A stretch of DNA of 63,987 nt, the filler included, from Choristocarpus tenellus KU-1152 (lineage: Eukaryota > Protista > Phaeophyceae), in NCBI GenBank assembly GCA_964200185.2. It is 9 parts of 9 records of this genome, joined end to end, with 100 filler letters (N's around TTAATTAATTAA, not from the genome) between each part and the next. Parts side by side here need not be neighbours in the genome. Positions count along the whole stretch, not along the records: positions 51,213 to 56,406 come from CAXNAD020011553.1; positions 56,507 to 61,335 come from CAXNAD020012912.1; positions 61,436 to 63,987 come from CAXNAD020026837.1; 6 more parts are not named here. One strand, given 5' to 3'. How positions within the stretch are numbered: the stretch's first letter is position 1; each line of letters opens with the position of its first letter. Of the stretch, positions 51,285-63,987 are shown piece after piece. The notes under the pieces were generated by a model, which saw only the letters and a list, made by a program, of their open reading frames with translations, had not been told where the DNA came from and did no database searches. The translations under genes and the position numbers were made by a program.

Positions 51285-52409
51285 CAGTGTTGGCAGTCGC
51301 CTCCTGCATCAACTTTGTCGTGCCATAACTTTTGATCAACAACAATTTTTGAAAATTCGTTTGCTGTAATCGCATCAGCATGCTTAACCCTATTTGATGG
51401 GTATCGGTTGGTCAACTTGCGGTAGTCGTGAGAAATACAGGACATTAGTTTGATCAAGTAGTCCGCACGCGCAGTTCGCGTGGGAGTGCCACGCGGTGCG
51501 TGCCCCCGAGCACTTTTTAAGGATGATTTTGACGCCAGAGGAGCCCATCTTCACCCGGAAAACATGGGCGTTTTCGTCTCTCCATTCTCTTTCCATTATT
51601 TACCGTTTATGCGATGTTGTCACCTGCTGACTAAGGCTCACTGATGGTTGCCCAGGCCTCTGAACCAGAAAATCCATGCCAAGTCAAATGAGGTATTCTG
51701 AAGGTGCAGTCCTCCTGTGAGACTTATGTCTTGTACACCCGGTCCAATTTGGTGCACTCCGAGCCTTTCTCGTTGGAATATATCAGGTGGTAAGCAATAC
51801 TCATCGTGAAGAACCTCTCCACAATTACTCCGGACAGCTCCCCCCTTCCTCCTTAAGACTGACAGGAATGTTGGCTCTCGTTCCAGGCAACGTATAGTCA
51901 CAGTGGCCTCGTATGTAGTGCTTCGCCCGTCTCCAGACCACCTCCTTCGGGTTCAATTCACTGTGTCCTGTGAGGGGCAGGCGACAACTCAGAGCTCATT
52001 GTGGGTTATGGTGTCCTGTGAGTGGCTTAAACAGCAAAAAGCCGACCACGTACCGTTTTGGCGGTTACCAATCTTGATGTTTTTGAAAAGGTTGCCCAAC
52101 GAGTTAATCGACGATCAGCATATCAAATGAAAGCTCTTGATGGAGCCTATCGATTCACACAGAGAAATTCTTGCGCAAGAATGTTTTAGGTCGTGATATA
52201 GTTCATTCCGAAACATTTTCAAGGTTGTGTCGAAAACATTCTGTTAAAATTTAACCTTACCAAAATAATTTTGCGAACGAATTGCTTTCCAGAAATCGAT
52301 ATCTTAGATCAAGAGCTTTCATTCGATATGCTGATCATTGCTTAACTCGTTCGGCAACCTTTAAAAAAAATCAAGACCGGTCTGATCCTAGAGGCGACTG
52401 TCAACACTA
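51285..52409. mobile_element. ~1.1-kb non-autonomous TIR element (TA-flanked, Tc1/mariner-like ends)
   Basis: ta|CAGTGTTGGCAGTCGCCTC ... GAGGCGACTGTCAACACTA|ta. Internal foldback ~52070-52377. Confidence 0.8.
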
Positions 52410-52568
52410 TAAAACGAAAATCCTATAACACACACCTAGACGCTTGTACACAATGAAGCGAATTATATTTTGTGGCAAGAAGTTATGGTTCCAAAGAACT
52501 CGTAAACCTAAGTATGTGACTGACTACCACTCCCGATCCTACCACCACTAAACAACATTTTTTATCTA

Positions 52569-52693
52569 GAACAGCCGATTTCAATAATTGAGGATGGAGC
52601 TTTTCACATAAAAAAAAAACATATCGACACTTTATCCCAGTCAATTTTGGGTCAATGAAAAGCTCCATCCTCAATTTTTGAAATCGGCTGTCC
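52569..52693. mobile_element. Palindromic MITE family D (TA-flanked)
   Basis: ~38-bp arms GAACAGCCGATTTCAATAATTGAGGATGGAGCTTTTCA. A second copy lies at 60780-60934. Confidence 0.85.
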
Positions 52694-52715
52694 TATCTGT
52701 ACTTCTTCCACTGTA

Positions 52716-53824
52716 TGGTGTTGGCAGTCGCCTCTAGGAAAGACCAGTCTCGATAAATTTCGAGGTGAATCAAGACGTCCTGATCGGTGATCAGCACATC
52801 AAATTAAAGCTGAGATCAGATGCCGTCGATTGGCCAAATATTCCGGTCGCAAATTACTTTGTGTTGAGTTAGTAAATGCCGAAAGGTTCATTCAGTTGAA
52901 TTGCCAAAAAATTGAAAATCGCAGAAAATCGTATGAGTTTTTTTTTTTGCCACTGGATTTCTTTGCGCCAATCGATTGCTTGTAATCTCAGCTTTAATTT
53001 GATGTGCTGATCACCAATCAGGACGCCTTGTATCACCTCTAAATTTATCAAGACCTGTGATGCTATCATAAAGGTGACTGTTAACAATATACTGTACGAG
53101 GCTTTTGGAGCTTGACCTTCGCACGCAGCTCACTACAGCCTAGATTGTCCACACAGAACTCGGCACAATGACTGCGGAAGCCCCTCTGTCGAAGGACATG
53201 CTGGATATCGTGGTGCAGTCTGTACCTCTGGGTTCAAGTTTCAGAGAAGTCAAGGGAAGAGGTTGGGCAGAGTGTATGCGCTGGTGATTGCAATGTGTCA
53301 AGAGGGGGACTCGCGCTTGATCGAGTAGACCAGTCAATCACTGCGGTACAAGAAATCAGTGAAGGGTCGCGACTACGACGGAGACGTGTATTCTTGGGCA
53401 AGCTCGATGATGAGGGCTGTCTGACTGCCTGCGGTCTGATGAGCTTTTAGCCATAACAGTAGAGCTACAATAATAATGAAGAGTTTAGGATTGCACACAG
53501 ACAGACAGATGAGACATGGAATATCACGAATCTTCTTCTCCTGTGAATAACTCGTCCCGGGAGAGGAGAAACAGCCCTCCAAGCCATATACTGGACGACG
53601 GACGGATAGATGTCAAAGTAACTTGATTTTAGTGAGGAAGCTCACTTGATTTTAGTGAGGAAAATCGTCCTCTCCCCCATCGCACCACAACCAACTCCAA
53701 CCTATCAAATAATGTTAGAAGTGATTCAAAGGGGTCACATCAAGGTTTATTTTTACGAAAAAGTCTACTCCGACCAAAAGTTAGAGCAGGACAAATTCTG
53801 TCTTAGAGGCGACTGCCAACACCA
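52716..53824. mobile_element. Second ~1.1-kb non-autonomous TIR element, related ends, opposite orientation
   Basis: TGGTGTTGGCAGTCGCCTCTA ... TAGAGGCGACTGCCAACACCA (21-bp perfect TIR). Foldback ~52748-53052. Confidence 0.82.
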
Positions 53825-56331
53825 TGTCAATAAGAATAACAAGGAATATTCCAGGAAAGGTCTTTACCTATAGTATGTCTTGAATGGATTCTTTGCCGAT
53901 ATAGGTTATGGTACTTGTTAAAATACTGCGCGCCCTTCGTGGCGTGCTCGCCACACACATGACACCAAGCCATCCGATTTATTTCCCTTGTTACCTATCC
54001 AATACAGCCCTTATCTTTTTGAACCTTCTCGATCACCGCTTGATCACGACGATACGCCTCTCTGAAGTGGAGGCGACAGGGAGGATATAACTTATTTGGG
54101 TTGGTAGGGTGCCTCATAGACGGCATTGTGGGGAGGGTTCACCGTTGATCTGTACCCTTTATGGGCCAAGATCGCAGGGTGTATCTTAAGCAGTCCCGCC
54201 AAATTAAACACACTCTTCAAACGATAACTTCGGTGGTCTCGCTGAACCTGGAGGTGTTGCATGCCTTGGGGCGCTCAGTTCAGACCTTCATCGATCATTT
54301 AGACGAATAGAGTCGCACATTCGACAGGTACGAGGAATAAGGACCATTAATGTATTGTATCAAGGGCATGATTTACGCGTCAGAAAACTTCGAAGTGTCT
54401 TCTCATTACAGTTGTTGAAGATCAAGTTGGCTGCGTATCCCTGCCTGATTACAAGGTGCTAAGCATTGCAGTATCGGAAATCTGAACTTATGCTAGAAAA
54501 CCAATATTTTGGGACATATTTGTCCAGGTACGTGTCGGCCTCCATAGTTGGGGAGCGATTCAATTGAACCACGATCTGATCTTGGCGTCGACACAAGATC
54601 AGAAGTGCAGTTGGATATATTGGTGGAGACCTGATGCGAAGCATCGTGCGCCAGCGTTCAAGTACCCACTTTAGGGAGGAAATTGAGACGACGTAGTTGG
54701 TGCAGCAGAGTACCTCCATAGGCACAGGCGTTTGGTCCGAGTTGAGACCTGCTGGTGGCGTCAAGGACCCACAAGAATTGGTCCTGGTCGTGCCAACGAC
54801 ACGATACTATTCTCCCGTGTCTCATTTCATCTGCAGGAGAGGCTCCATGAAGCGGGGACAGATGGGCAGCCCGGTTGGGAGCCCTTATATCACACAGACG
54901 ATCCGATCCAAGCTGAAGAGAACTGGCGCTGGGGCGCAAAGTAACGGGCAACGAGGTGAGGATATCCAGGCACTCCAGTTTGTAAACACCTAGTTCATGG
55001 TATGATAACATGGGGGGATAGTCATGCACGTGGTGCTAATGTTTACAATCCTGTTCTTGCTTGGGACAAAGGGAAAAATCGAAATGCTATGCAGGTGCAA
55101 TATAATCCATTGTCATAAGGTCTCACTGCTCCGTTTGAGTGCCCAGTATTTCTTCCAATCCTTATACTATCTCAAGCAGTCCACTCAGAACTAAAAGAGG
55201 GCAAATCAGAAATAACTAAGGGGCGGTTGGGAGGGGATATATCAGAGCTTAGGGGGACTAAGGATTCCCATCTCATAGCTCACCTCATTTGTTAGCAACA
55301 TGTGTTGAGAGTGGATATCTATGGAGTGAATCTTGCTCCTGTTACTCAGAGAGAACTGGAGGTATATGTGTTATGGTTAGCTCAAGAAAAAACATTTTTC
55401 AAAACATGCAGTAGTTGGTATCCAATATAGGATAGAGTTGTTTCACATGGAAGAATTTTGCATACGGGTTCTCATTTGTAGTTTGTAGAACAGCACTGGG
55501 ACAACTAATGGTGTATGAGTATCTTTCAAAGCTTCATCTCTAACCGGGGTCAATAGATTCATACCTGTTGATATGAAACAATAAGCTGATTATCTACTAT
55601 TCTAATCCTGCAACCGGACAACGTCCAATGAAGATGAAGAGGAAATGGTACTTACTTTGAGGTCTTGAAAATGCTTATTCCGATTTATCATTGACAGGAG
55701 TACACAATACAAATCAAACACATGCATACATTACTCTGGAGTACATGGTAACGTACGTGTATATATATATATATATATCCTGTAAGTTGTGTTATGCTGA
55801 ACAGAGTGTGTATTAATTCTACTGAAACAGACGCTCCAATATATGTTCGGCTAAAATGTAAGTTATGGATAGGGAGCTACTATGGAGTAGGCATGAAAGG
55901 GCGTCGACAAGGAAAGAAATAGAAAACGTTATTGGGCAGGGCATCCCATTGGTTGAGAGACAAGAGTCTTATCGACCATCCCCATCTCCGAGGCTGTGCG
56001 ACTATAGTAATGCATAAGAAGTAGTACCAAAACCCCTTGTCTATTATTGGTCTTTTGTTGTGATGCCTGTGCAACAAGTGACTCTGGCACTGAGCACTGC
56101 AGAGGAGTGAGTACTTTGCCCTAACCTTAAAATCATGACTCGTATTCACCCCTATCCTCAACCCTAACCCTCACCCTATGACTAAGAGATGAACAAAACA
56201 TTAATTGGAGATTGAGCTTGCAGTTTGTACGTAGGGGAGGAGGGAGTAGGTGGAGATTTGGGACAATAATTTTCAAGAAGTAGTAGACTGAACATTGCCT
56301 GCAATCAATCCCCTACTCCCTCCTTAAACCC

Positions 56332-56371
<40 letters not shown>

Positions 56372-56574
56372 ACCCCCCCTCTCCCTCCAACCCCTTCATC
56401 ACCCTCNNNNNNNNNNNNNNNNNNNNNNNNNNNNNNNNNNNNNNNNNNNNTTAATTAATTAANNNNNNNNNNNNNNNNNNNNNNNNNNNNNNNNNNNNNN
56501 NNNNNNCAAAAAAAAAGAAGCGAAAAAGAGAAGAAAAAAAAAAAAAAAAAAAAAATGTTAGTTTTTTTTGTTGT

Positions 56575-56623
<49 letters not shown>

Positions 56624-56851
56624 GGACACTTGACTGGGATAGGGACTCGAATAGTTGACGTTCACTGCCGTTTTCAAATATGCTTTCAATTCTTGGCTAT
56701 ATATATATATAGTTCCAATTTCGATCACGGTTCACTGATTTCTCCAGACACAGATGAAAATTGGGAACACCAACACCTTTTTCTCGAGAGCATGCACAAG
56801 GCCTTATATGTAATGGACACCACTGCTGCTGTACTCTATAGTGCGGTAGAG

Positions 56852-56896
56852 AACCCTAACCCTAACCCTAACCCTAACCCTAACCCTAACCCTAAC
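56852..56896. repeat. Interstitial telomeric repeat (CCCTAA) x ~7
   Basis: Direct reading. Shorter tracts near 15500, 42503, 44836, 46510, 47668, 56160 and 63808. Confidence 0.9.
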
Positions 56897-58828
56897 TCTC
56901 ACCACAAATCTGACCCTGCAGCGCTACACTAATTTGTGCTATATTAAATTGTGTGCGCGAGATGTTAGGGATGTCCCATCAACGCGCAAAAGTAAATATT
57001 AAGTGTGCGAGACACAAAAATTCACAATTCAGGGACAAAAACGCGCGCGCGCGCATGCACGCACGTACATGCCTTCCCATACACCCTGCAAGAACAGCAC
57101 TAACATGAGGAGAAAAAAATATAATAAAACTCTTGGCTGCAAAGCATTTAAAGCGCAGGTATCAGCATCATGTTCTACATGCCCAGGCTCCCTCCCTCCT
57201 CTCCACGAGGCTTGGCAAACATGGGGTTTAAGACATCCACCTCCTAGGAAAATATGAGGCCCACATGTGAAACCTATTGTTGGCGGTGGCGGATTCATTA
57301 ACTCGACCTTCTTTTAACGTGAACGTCCTTGAGCGTGTCAAGGTCAATCGAAAAAGTGTTTGCACACAACCCACCCCTCTTGGGAAGGCATTTGCAGCTT
57401 TATGCCTTCCAAGGTCTGTGGGATCATCAGGATCGTCTTACATGGTTCAACAGTTCGTACATGCGATAAGGCGGAGAAAATGCTGAGAGTTTCCAACTTC
57501 TGATTGGCAATTCCAATGAACCCCAGTGCAACAAAATGCTTGAAAGGCATTTCTTGTCGATGCTTGTGGCGTGATATTATTGTTCCATCTCTTTCACAGT
57601 TTTAGGGACTTCTGCGCCCAGGCACTCATTGAACCATCCCAGAATACTATGATGCCACAGACCTCGCACCATCTATCCCAAGCACTTCTCAGAGGGTGTG
57701 TGTGCCGAGATGTTATCTGATCCAGATGTATGATCGAAACGAGCCCTATCTAAAGCCTTAGATTGGACTAACCTCGAAAAATAGCATTGAAGGTCTCAGC
57801 TTAGTGAACCTTCCTGTGAGTTATTGAGGATTCGTAAAGGTGGGGTATGGGGGGTCACAACATCCAGCGAGTAGAACTACAAAACCTTCAGGTACAACTT
57901 ATCTTTAAATGGAAGGTCATCTTGTTCAAGCACCAAAACACATTTTTGGAGGTGCCCAACCTTATTGACGCCTTGATTTCACATAAACTACGAACCGTCT
58001 CATATGAGCGCATTTTTCACTCCAGGAAATAGGTCATCTCAAGTGTGTACAGTATGTGTCCAACATATAATGTCTCAACTGAATTAGGCCTTCTGGAAGG
58101 TGGAGGTGCAAAGAAACCTCACAACGGACTAGTCCACAGGTCAGCCCTCGGGATAGGTTATGCGCACAAAGGTGCGTGTGTGTTGCGTAGTGGTACATGC
58201 GACAATGCTTGGAACAAATGCGAGTGTAGTTGCGCCAATGCCAAAATACTGCCTGGCGACCTCTCCCTCTGGGTACAGCGAGGGTGAAGGGTAGATGAAC
58301 TACAAGTTACTGCGACTGCCATTTGCTATCCATGACTCTTTAGTCATATGTCGACCATGAAGGAGCACCGAATTGTATGACGAGCAAGACAACTTGGAAC
58401 TCCTATATTCCCTCTAGCTATGGTGGACGACGGGTTAAAGGGAAGAAGAAATATAAGTTCCATCCAACACCCGCCTACCCACATTTTTTTGTGGAGATTT
58501 TGCATCAACTGGTCGCCAATGCAACCGAGAAGCAGGAGTCGACTGACTTGAAAAGAGGTACAACAAGTAGTCTTACGAAAGGAGAATGAAAGGGATAGAG
58601 GTCGTGCAAAGGGACAGTGCAAGACCACGACATGGTTTGGCTAGAAGGTGCAATAATGCGTCTTCCTCCACCGCTCCAACTTCATCGCTTCTGGAAGTTG
58701 TATGAGATGGCTTATTGCCCAAAATGGAGGTTGTGAAGAGTGTGTTAATGGATTCCGAGGCGGAGTATTCTGTTCATGTACATGCCATCTAACCCCACAG
58801 AAAACGTGGGGGCCCAACCTAAGTTCAC

Positions 58829-58930
58829 CTTAGGCTGTTTGACGACAACTTTGTCTTCGATGCGCCACAGCGTTAGACCTTCCACCTGGCCAGCTCCCTC
58901 GAATGCCAGATCCACCTCAGACCCAGACAT
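58829..58930 (-). CDS. Gelsolin/villin/severin family protein, first coding exon
   Basis: MSGSEVDLAFEGAGQVEGLTLWRIEDKVVVKQPK|gtgaac matches the AF.GAG...GL..WRIE start of gelsolin domain 1. I did not find downstream exons in this contig. Confidence 0.8.
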
Positions 58931-60231
58931 AGCGTCTCTTCTTGTTATTGCTCCTTCCTCTTCGATCCTTTCTCTCTCACTTGCTTCAGATCGCTTTACA
59001 AGCCTCCAGTAGTTTTGTACAACGTATGGGGAGGGAAAATGTCTTGGAGATAGGACCAGATGGACCGTGTGGAAGTTGGTGTGTTTCTAACTAGGTCCCT
59101 ACAATCAAATCACGCTCCTGTCGTCCGTCCTCTCCAGTAAAAAAGTTGATGATAAATCACATTTTTCATCTTTGATGATCGGTTAAAAAATTGACGACAC
59201 AATTTCTTCAATATTGTTTTATCGTTACCAAAACATTTTCTGAAAAAAAATCACTCCGATCTTTCTATATCATATTGATATCGTGGAATAATATACACAC
59301 TCTTAAAAATATACTTCTCCTACTACAGTTACTACTACAACTGTACAAGAAACGGAACAACAATAGGACTTTGTTAGTGTATGATGTAAGAAGAGTAGTA
59401 GTAGTGAAAAAAACAATCAGAACAACAGTGAACATATGTACACTCCTTAAAAATGATCTCCCACACCAATGACCACACCTTGAATCTGAGTGAGGGGTGG
59501 TGACGGTCACCAACAATTTCCTCATGAAAATACGCCGTCTTACACATTTCGGTACCAATCCCTCTAGCAGATCCCTTATCATAGAGTCGAAACAATCCGA
59601 TAAGCAATTGTTGTATATGATGTATTTGAAATCTATGTATGTCTACAACACGACTTTATCATCCCTCCATCACTCTTGAACAACTTTTTTGTCTAATGAG
59701 GAATTGTCTGTTCTCAAAACATCAATCTTTATTTTTAGCTAATAAATATGATATTGTGTCAAACTAGCTTGATTGTAGCGATTTTAAACTATTACAAATT
59801 AAATTAGAGTCTGAGACTAGTTGTTACGCCTACTCACAAAGTGTTCTAAATGGTGTTAAAAATAATATGAGATATATCATAAACAGGCCCCCTTTATTGG
59901 GATCTCCCAACACTGATCCAGTCATAGACATTTGTGTCCCCCACCTTTTGTTATTGAGACTACCTGAAGGGATGGATGTGGGTAAGACGCACGACAAGCT
60001 CGTGGTAACCCCGACATGAATGGTGGATTCAAACAAGCAAAGTCTTAGTGTTTCTGTTCTGACAGGTCACAACCAATCGCCATGGAGATTGATCCACACA
60101 TAGCACTCTAAGATTGTCAACATACACCGAGCATGACTCAGTCTCATCTCTCACTTCCTTTCTGAACCTCATATCTGGTGGTCCTTATCATCCCCCATCA
60201 CACAGAACCAACCCCCATAATAGATACACAC

Positions 60232-60525
60232 GAAGGTGGTCTAGAAACCTGTAAGGGGTAAGAATCATGCAAGAGTCGGTTTACCCCGGTCTCACCCACT
60301 GCCATGGTGTGTCTCTACCTTCGCAGGATACTCCCTGCTGCCACCCCCAGTACCCCTACCACACACAATATGAGTCACCAGCTCATCCAGAAATTGCTCT
60401 ACCTGTGTGCCGAGATTCCTGGAGATTTCTGCCAGAAAGGTAGTGACGTGAAAACTACAATAGTCAAAAGATCCCTCGCAGTGGGTGCACTGCCAGACCT
60501 CGGCTGCAGCAGCAGCAACATCACA
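60232..60525 (-). mobile_element. 3' end fragment of the CRE-like LINE family
   Basis: AAAAAE..EGSFDYCSFHVTTFLAEISRNLGTQVEQFLDEL. Shares the terminal gaagg(c/t)ggtctagaaacc with 37603. Confidence 0.55.
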
Positions 60526-60779
60526 TTGTCAATAACTGATTTCACATTATTTTTTGCCCGCTGGCTTTTATGGGGGCAACGAAGCAACACATTAGACAAA
60601 ACATTCAATGCACACACAAAAACAGCAGATTCAGCATTGCTTACAGGAAAGGTATCAAAGGATTGATTGCAAAACAAACCCCATCTCGCCAAAAATAGCA
60701 TTTGATGTAAGAGTTTTGAATCTAAATTATTCCTCAGTGTTTTCTTGTGTTCCAGTATTAGTGGTACAACAAGTAGATA

Positions 60780-60934
60780 GAACAGCAGATTTCAAAAATT
60801 GAGGATGGAGCTTTTCATTGAGGATGAGCTTGACCCAAAATTGACTGGGATAAAGTGTCGATATATATATTTTGTAAATGCGAAGCTCATCCTCAATGAA
60901 AAGCTCCATCCTCAATTTTTGAAATCTGCTGTTA
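60780..60934. mobile_element. Palindromic MITE family D, longer copy
   Basis: ~50-bp inverted arms with TA flanks. Confidence 0.87.
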
Positions 60935-61435
60935 TAGGTGTAGATTCTTACTTATTGGCCTTGTACTTGGTGGACTTGGTGGTGGGAGGGATGGAGGGAA
61001 GTACTTACTACATAGATTACCTGGCAGTCACTAAACCAAAGGGTGAGAAACGTCACAGATATATATGTTTTTATTATTTGTCTTACAAAGTGAAAGATGA
61101 TCCTGACCTACGGTCAGAGGCACTACGCATCAATCTACCCATACTACTTCCTATAACTGTTGCACTACAACTAATTGTCCTGCTTTCGTTCCTGCTTTGC
61201 TTCTCGAGCTTTGGGTTCAGATTCCCACCCCTCGTCATTCTGTGTCCTCCATCGACTCTCCTGCTGGACCCACCCTGAAGTGTTCTACCTTGATCTTGGT
61301 CCGGCATTTTTGTAGGGGTCAAAGTATCTGGGGGGNNNNNNNNNNNNNNNNNNNNNNNNNNNNNNNNNNNNNNNNNNNNTTAATTAATTAANNNNNNNNN
61401 NNNNNNNNNNNNNNNNNNNNNNNNNNNNNNNNNNN

Positions 61436-61602
61436 CAGCTCGTCACGATTAATTAGTCGCTTTGACGATTGATTTCCCAGCTCACCACGATTAATTAGTC
61501 GATTCCACGATTGATTTCCCAGCTCACCACGATTAATTAGTCGATTCGAAGATTGATTTCCCAGAATGCCACGATTGTTAGTCGATTCAACGATTGATTT
61601 CC
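61436..61602. repeat. 42-bp tandem repeat x4 at contig start
   Basis: cagctcaccacgattaattagtcgattccacgattgatttcc units at 61436, 61478, 61520 and 61562, with no spacers. Confidence 0.92.
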
Positions 61603-63987
61603 CGGTTTTGCACCAAGTGGTACAAAATACGATATTGTACTACATCAATGTTGTTCCGCTTATTTCGGCCGTACCCATGGGTGAACAAAATTGGGGCACC
61701 TACTGTATGTATACCTTTTATTGGTTGATCATATACCTAACCCCGTCAGATTCTTGTTGATAGATACGTTGTACTCACTAAACATGTAATGTATTAGTAG
61801 GAGTATTATTGAATTTTATTTTTGTAGTATCTAGTGATCCAATAATTCCAACTTCCAACTTTCAGTATGTTTGCCATACTAAAGGGTTCCACTCCATTCG
61901 CTACCTAGATTGGGTCTAAACTATTGCGCCATAAGTACCAGACGGTTCGTGCATGGAGAAGAAAGGTGCGCATCTATCTCCAGAAGGAGGTCCAAGTTCG
62001 ATGTTTGACAATGCTCCTAATCCTTATCACCCAACCTTTTCTTGTTGCCAGAGTTACTCCAACTTCCTTTCCACATGTCTTTCTGAGGCGATCCTTGGCA
62101 CTCTCTGCCCTGGTTGACGGGTTGGCATCGATGTGTTCCATAATACTTTAATAAATAGAATACATATGAAAGATTTGCAACACAATCACGTGTCTAGGAA
62201 CCCTGGACGGTGAGGTTTTTGTCATCCCACTCTTTCCAATGTTGCCGATTATGGAAACATTTCATGAGGATTCTCCAGTGAATGGACAGTTCCTCTTAGG
62301 AATTGACCAAATGATATGGGTCCGGATCCCTTGATGCAGAACTCCTGACCGATAATAACCATTATGATCCTTGTCTCCCTTCAATGGATCATATCGCGGA
62401 GCTCAGGCCTTCTTCATGGAACCGCTGGAGATGAGTCGAGATCTGTTATATTTCCCAGATTGAGGTCTTCCTCTGGGAATGATCGCCCACGTCAACGTCA
62501 TGCCTACTCCTATGGTGAGCAGAAGGATAGATGATCGACACAGCTCGCCAAGAGGAGGTGGATACTTTTGCACTCCTCTTTACCAAGCTCATACTGTCCA
62601 AAGCACATGTTCCTACGACAAGCGTGCCAGAAAGCACATTATTTGAACGTACCCCTGATGTTCGCCCCTTGCGAAGGTTCTTTGGATTCTTCGTAACTCG
62701 GTCTGCCCATGGTGTAGGCTCCGTGATCTCCCCATGCTTGATGTAAGGGTCGCTTTAATTTCTGGTCCAAATACGTCTTACTAATCTGGTGCACACTTCG
62801 CTGTACGGCATGCTGGATGAATGTTTTAATAATACTTGATTGTTGTTTCTTCAGCACTTTACTAATAAACAGAAAACCGCACTTACACTGGGATTGCTTA
62901 CTGCTGTAGCTCACTTTGGCAAATGGCCAACATTGGTTCATGATCCTGAGATTATTTTTTATTGGGTAAATTCGGTGTTTGTCTATTAGTTGATGTTTCT
63001 ACTGATCAAGAAAGTGAGTATATACCATCTCATTGTCACCCGTCCTTCTTAAGTTTTACCTTAGAGTGATCAAATTTCTTTTTGATGGCGAACCACTTGT
63101 GTACAATGTGCAGAGCTTCGTAGGAAAGTGCAATATTTCCATGAAGTCAAAGATTTAGGCGACTTTTGCGCTACCCTTTTCCGTGGAGCATTTGCTCATG
63201 CACTATGTCCTCAGAAGACAAGCTAGCAACTGGAGTAGGTCTAGAAATTACTTTTTGAATTCTTTTTCTCAATTCTTTTTCATTTGCACTAATATGAACT
63301 AATGTAAATAGTGACGTTTACATGTAGCCCAACCTGAAATAGTTTTCGCCAGCTCTTTCTTTCCAGAGCAGTTGAAATCTATCTTTTTGCCACCCAGTAC
63401 ACCACTGATGGGATGGGACATGGCACTTACATGACTGTACTTCTAGAATGGATACACTTATATTTTTTGTTTGTTCATGGAATGTTACCCGGGGTTTCAA
63501 TCAATTCTTTATGACCTTTGTTATTGTTTTGATTAATGGTTTGTCCTTTTCCATCAGTGGTCTACTACTGTGACCAATAGTAAGGAAGATTTTGTATCCG
63601 TTCTGCCCATTATTTGGTTCTGAGTGGTCTGAATATCGACAACAATAACCTGTTGTTGGAACAGGTGAAAGGACCAAAGAGTGTCCTCCCCAGGGTATCC
63701 ACATCCTCTCTAATGTTTTCCACCGCTACGCCTGTTGCATGTCCCTTATGCCTGCATAGGGAAAAGGATGTCAGGATGCACGATCTGCTCTTATCCCTTG
63801 GTACATCCCTAACCCTAACCACCTGACCGTTTTCTACGTTTATTGCTTGGCTTTTCACATGAAATCTGAACAGACACCATCCCTGATGTGGAGGCGACAA
63901 TTAGCAAGGATCTCATGAACAAGGCACACAGATGGGGCCAGCTGGCCAAGTGAGTTGACTTGAGAGAAAGAGGGCGGTACTGTACAC

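Noticed and set aside
60727-61278. Mirror ORFs both starting MRMELFIEDEL
   Set aside because: Produced by the inverted arms of MITE-D.
61436-61602. CRISPR-like array
   Set aside because: Units are contiguous with no unique spacers, there are no cas genes, and the context is eukaryotic.

Overview
This is eukaryotic, intron-rich and repeat-rich DNA, most likely a brown alga or close stramenopile relative (inferred from a spliced vanadium haloperoxidase gene, a stramenopile-type bZIP and TTAGGG repeats). The window is not contiguous. Nine contigs are joined by an artificial 100-bp linker (44N-TTAATTAATTAA-44N), so adjacency across linkers is meaningless. Host genes reconstructed by hand from exons: (1) a vanadium-dependent haloperoxidase, probably pseudogenised (5071-9267, -); (2) a diacylglycerol kinase with a long acidic insert (12299-18735, -); (3) a three-repeat MYB factor head-to-head with it (19388-23140, +); (4) a bZIP factor (42883-45151, +); (5) the first exon of a gelsolin/villin-family gene (58829-58930, -). 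The rest is decayed mobile DNA: a Ty3/gypsy gag-protease, a Ty1/copia RT-RNaseH-LTR inserted inside a PIF/Harbinger transposase, a mariner-type transposase, CRE-like LINE 3' ends, and at least five MITE/non-autonomous families that are often nested. I found no CRISPR array, rRNA or intact tRNA, and cannot support a claim of a wholly new biological system. The best leads are the lesioned haloperoxidase, the split DGK, the nested 3-bp-TSD MITE network, and ~1.1-kb elements carrying a ~300-bp subterminal foldback.
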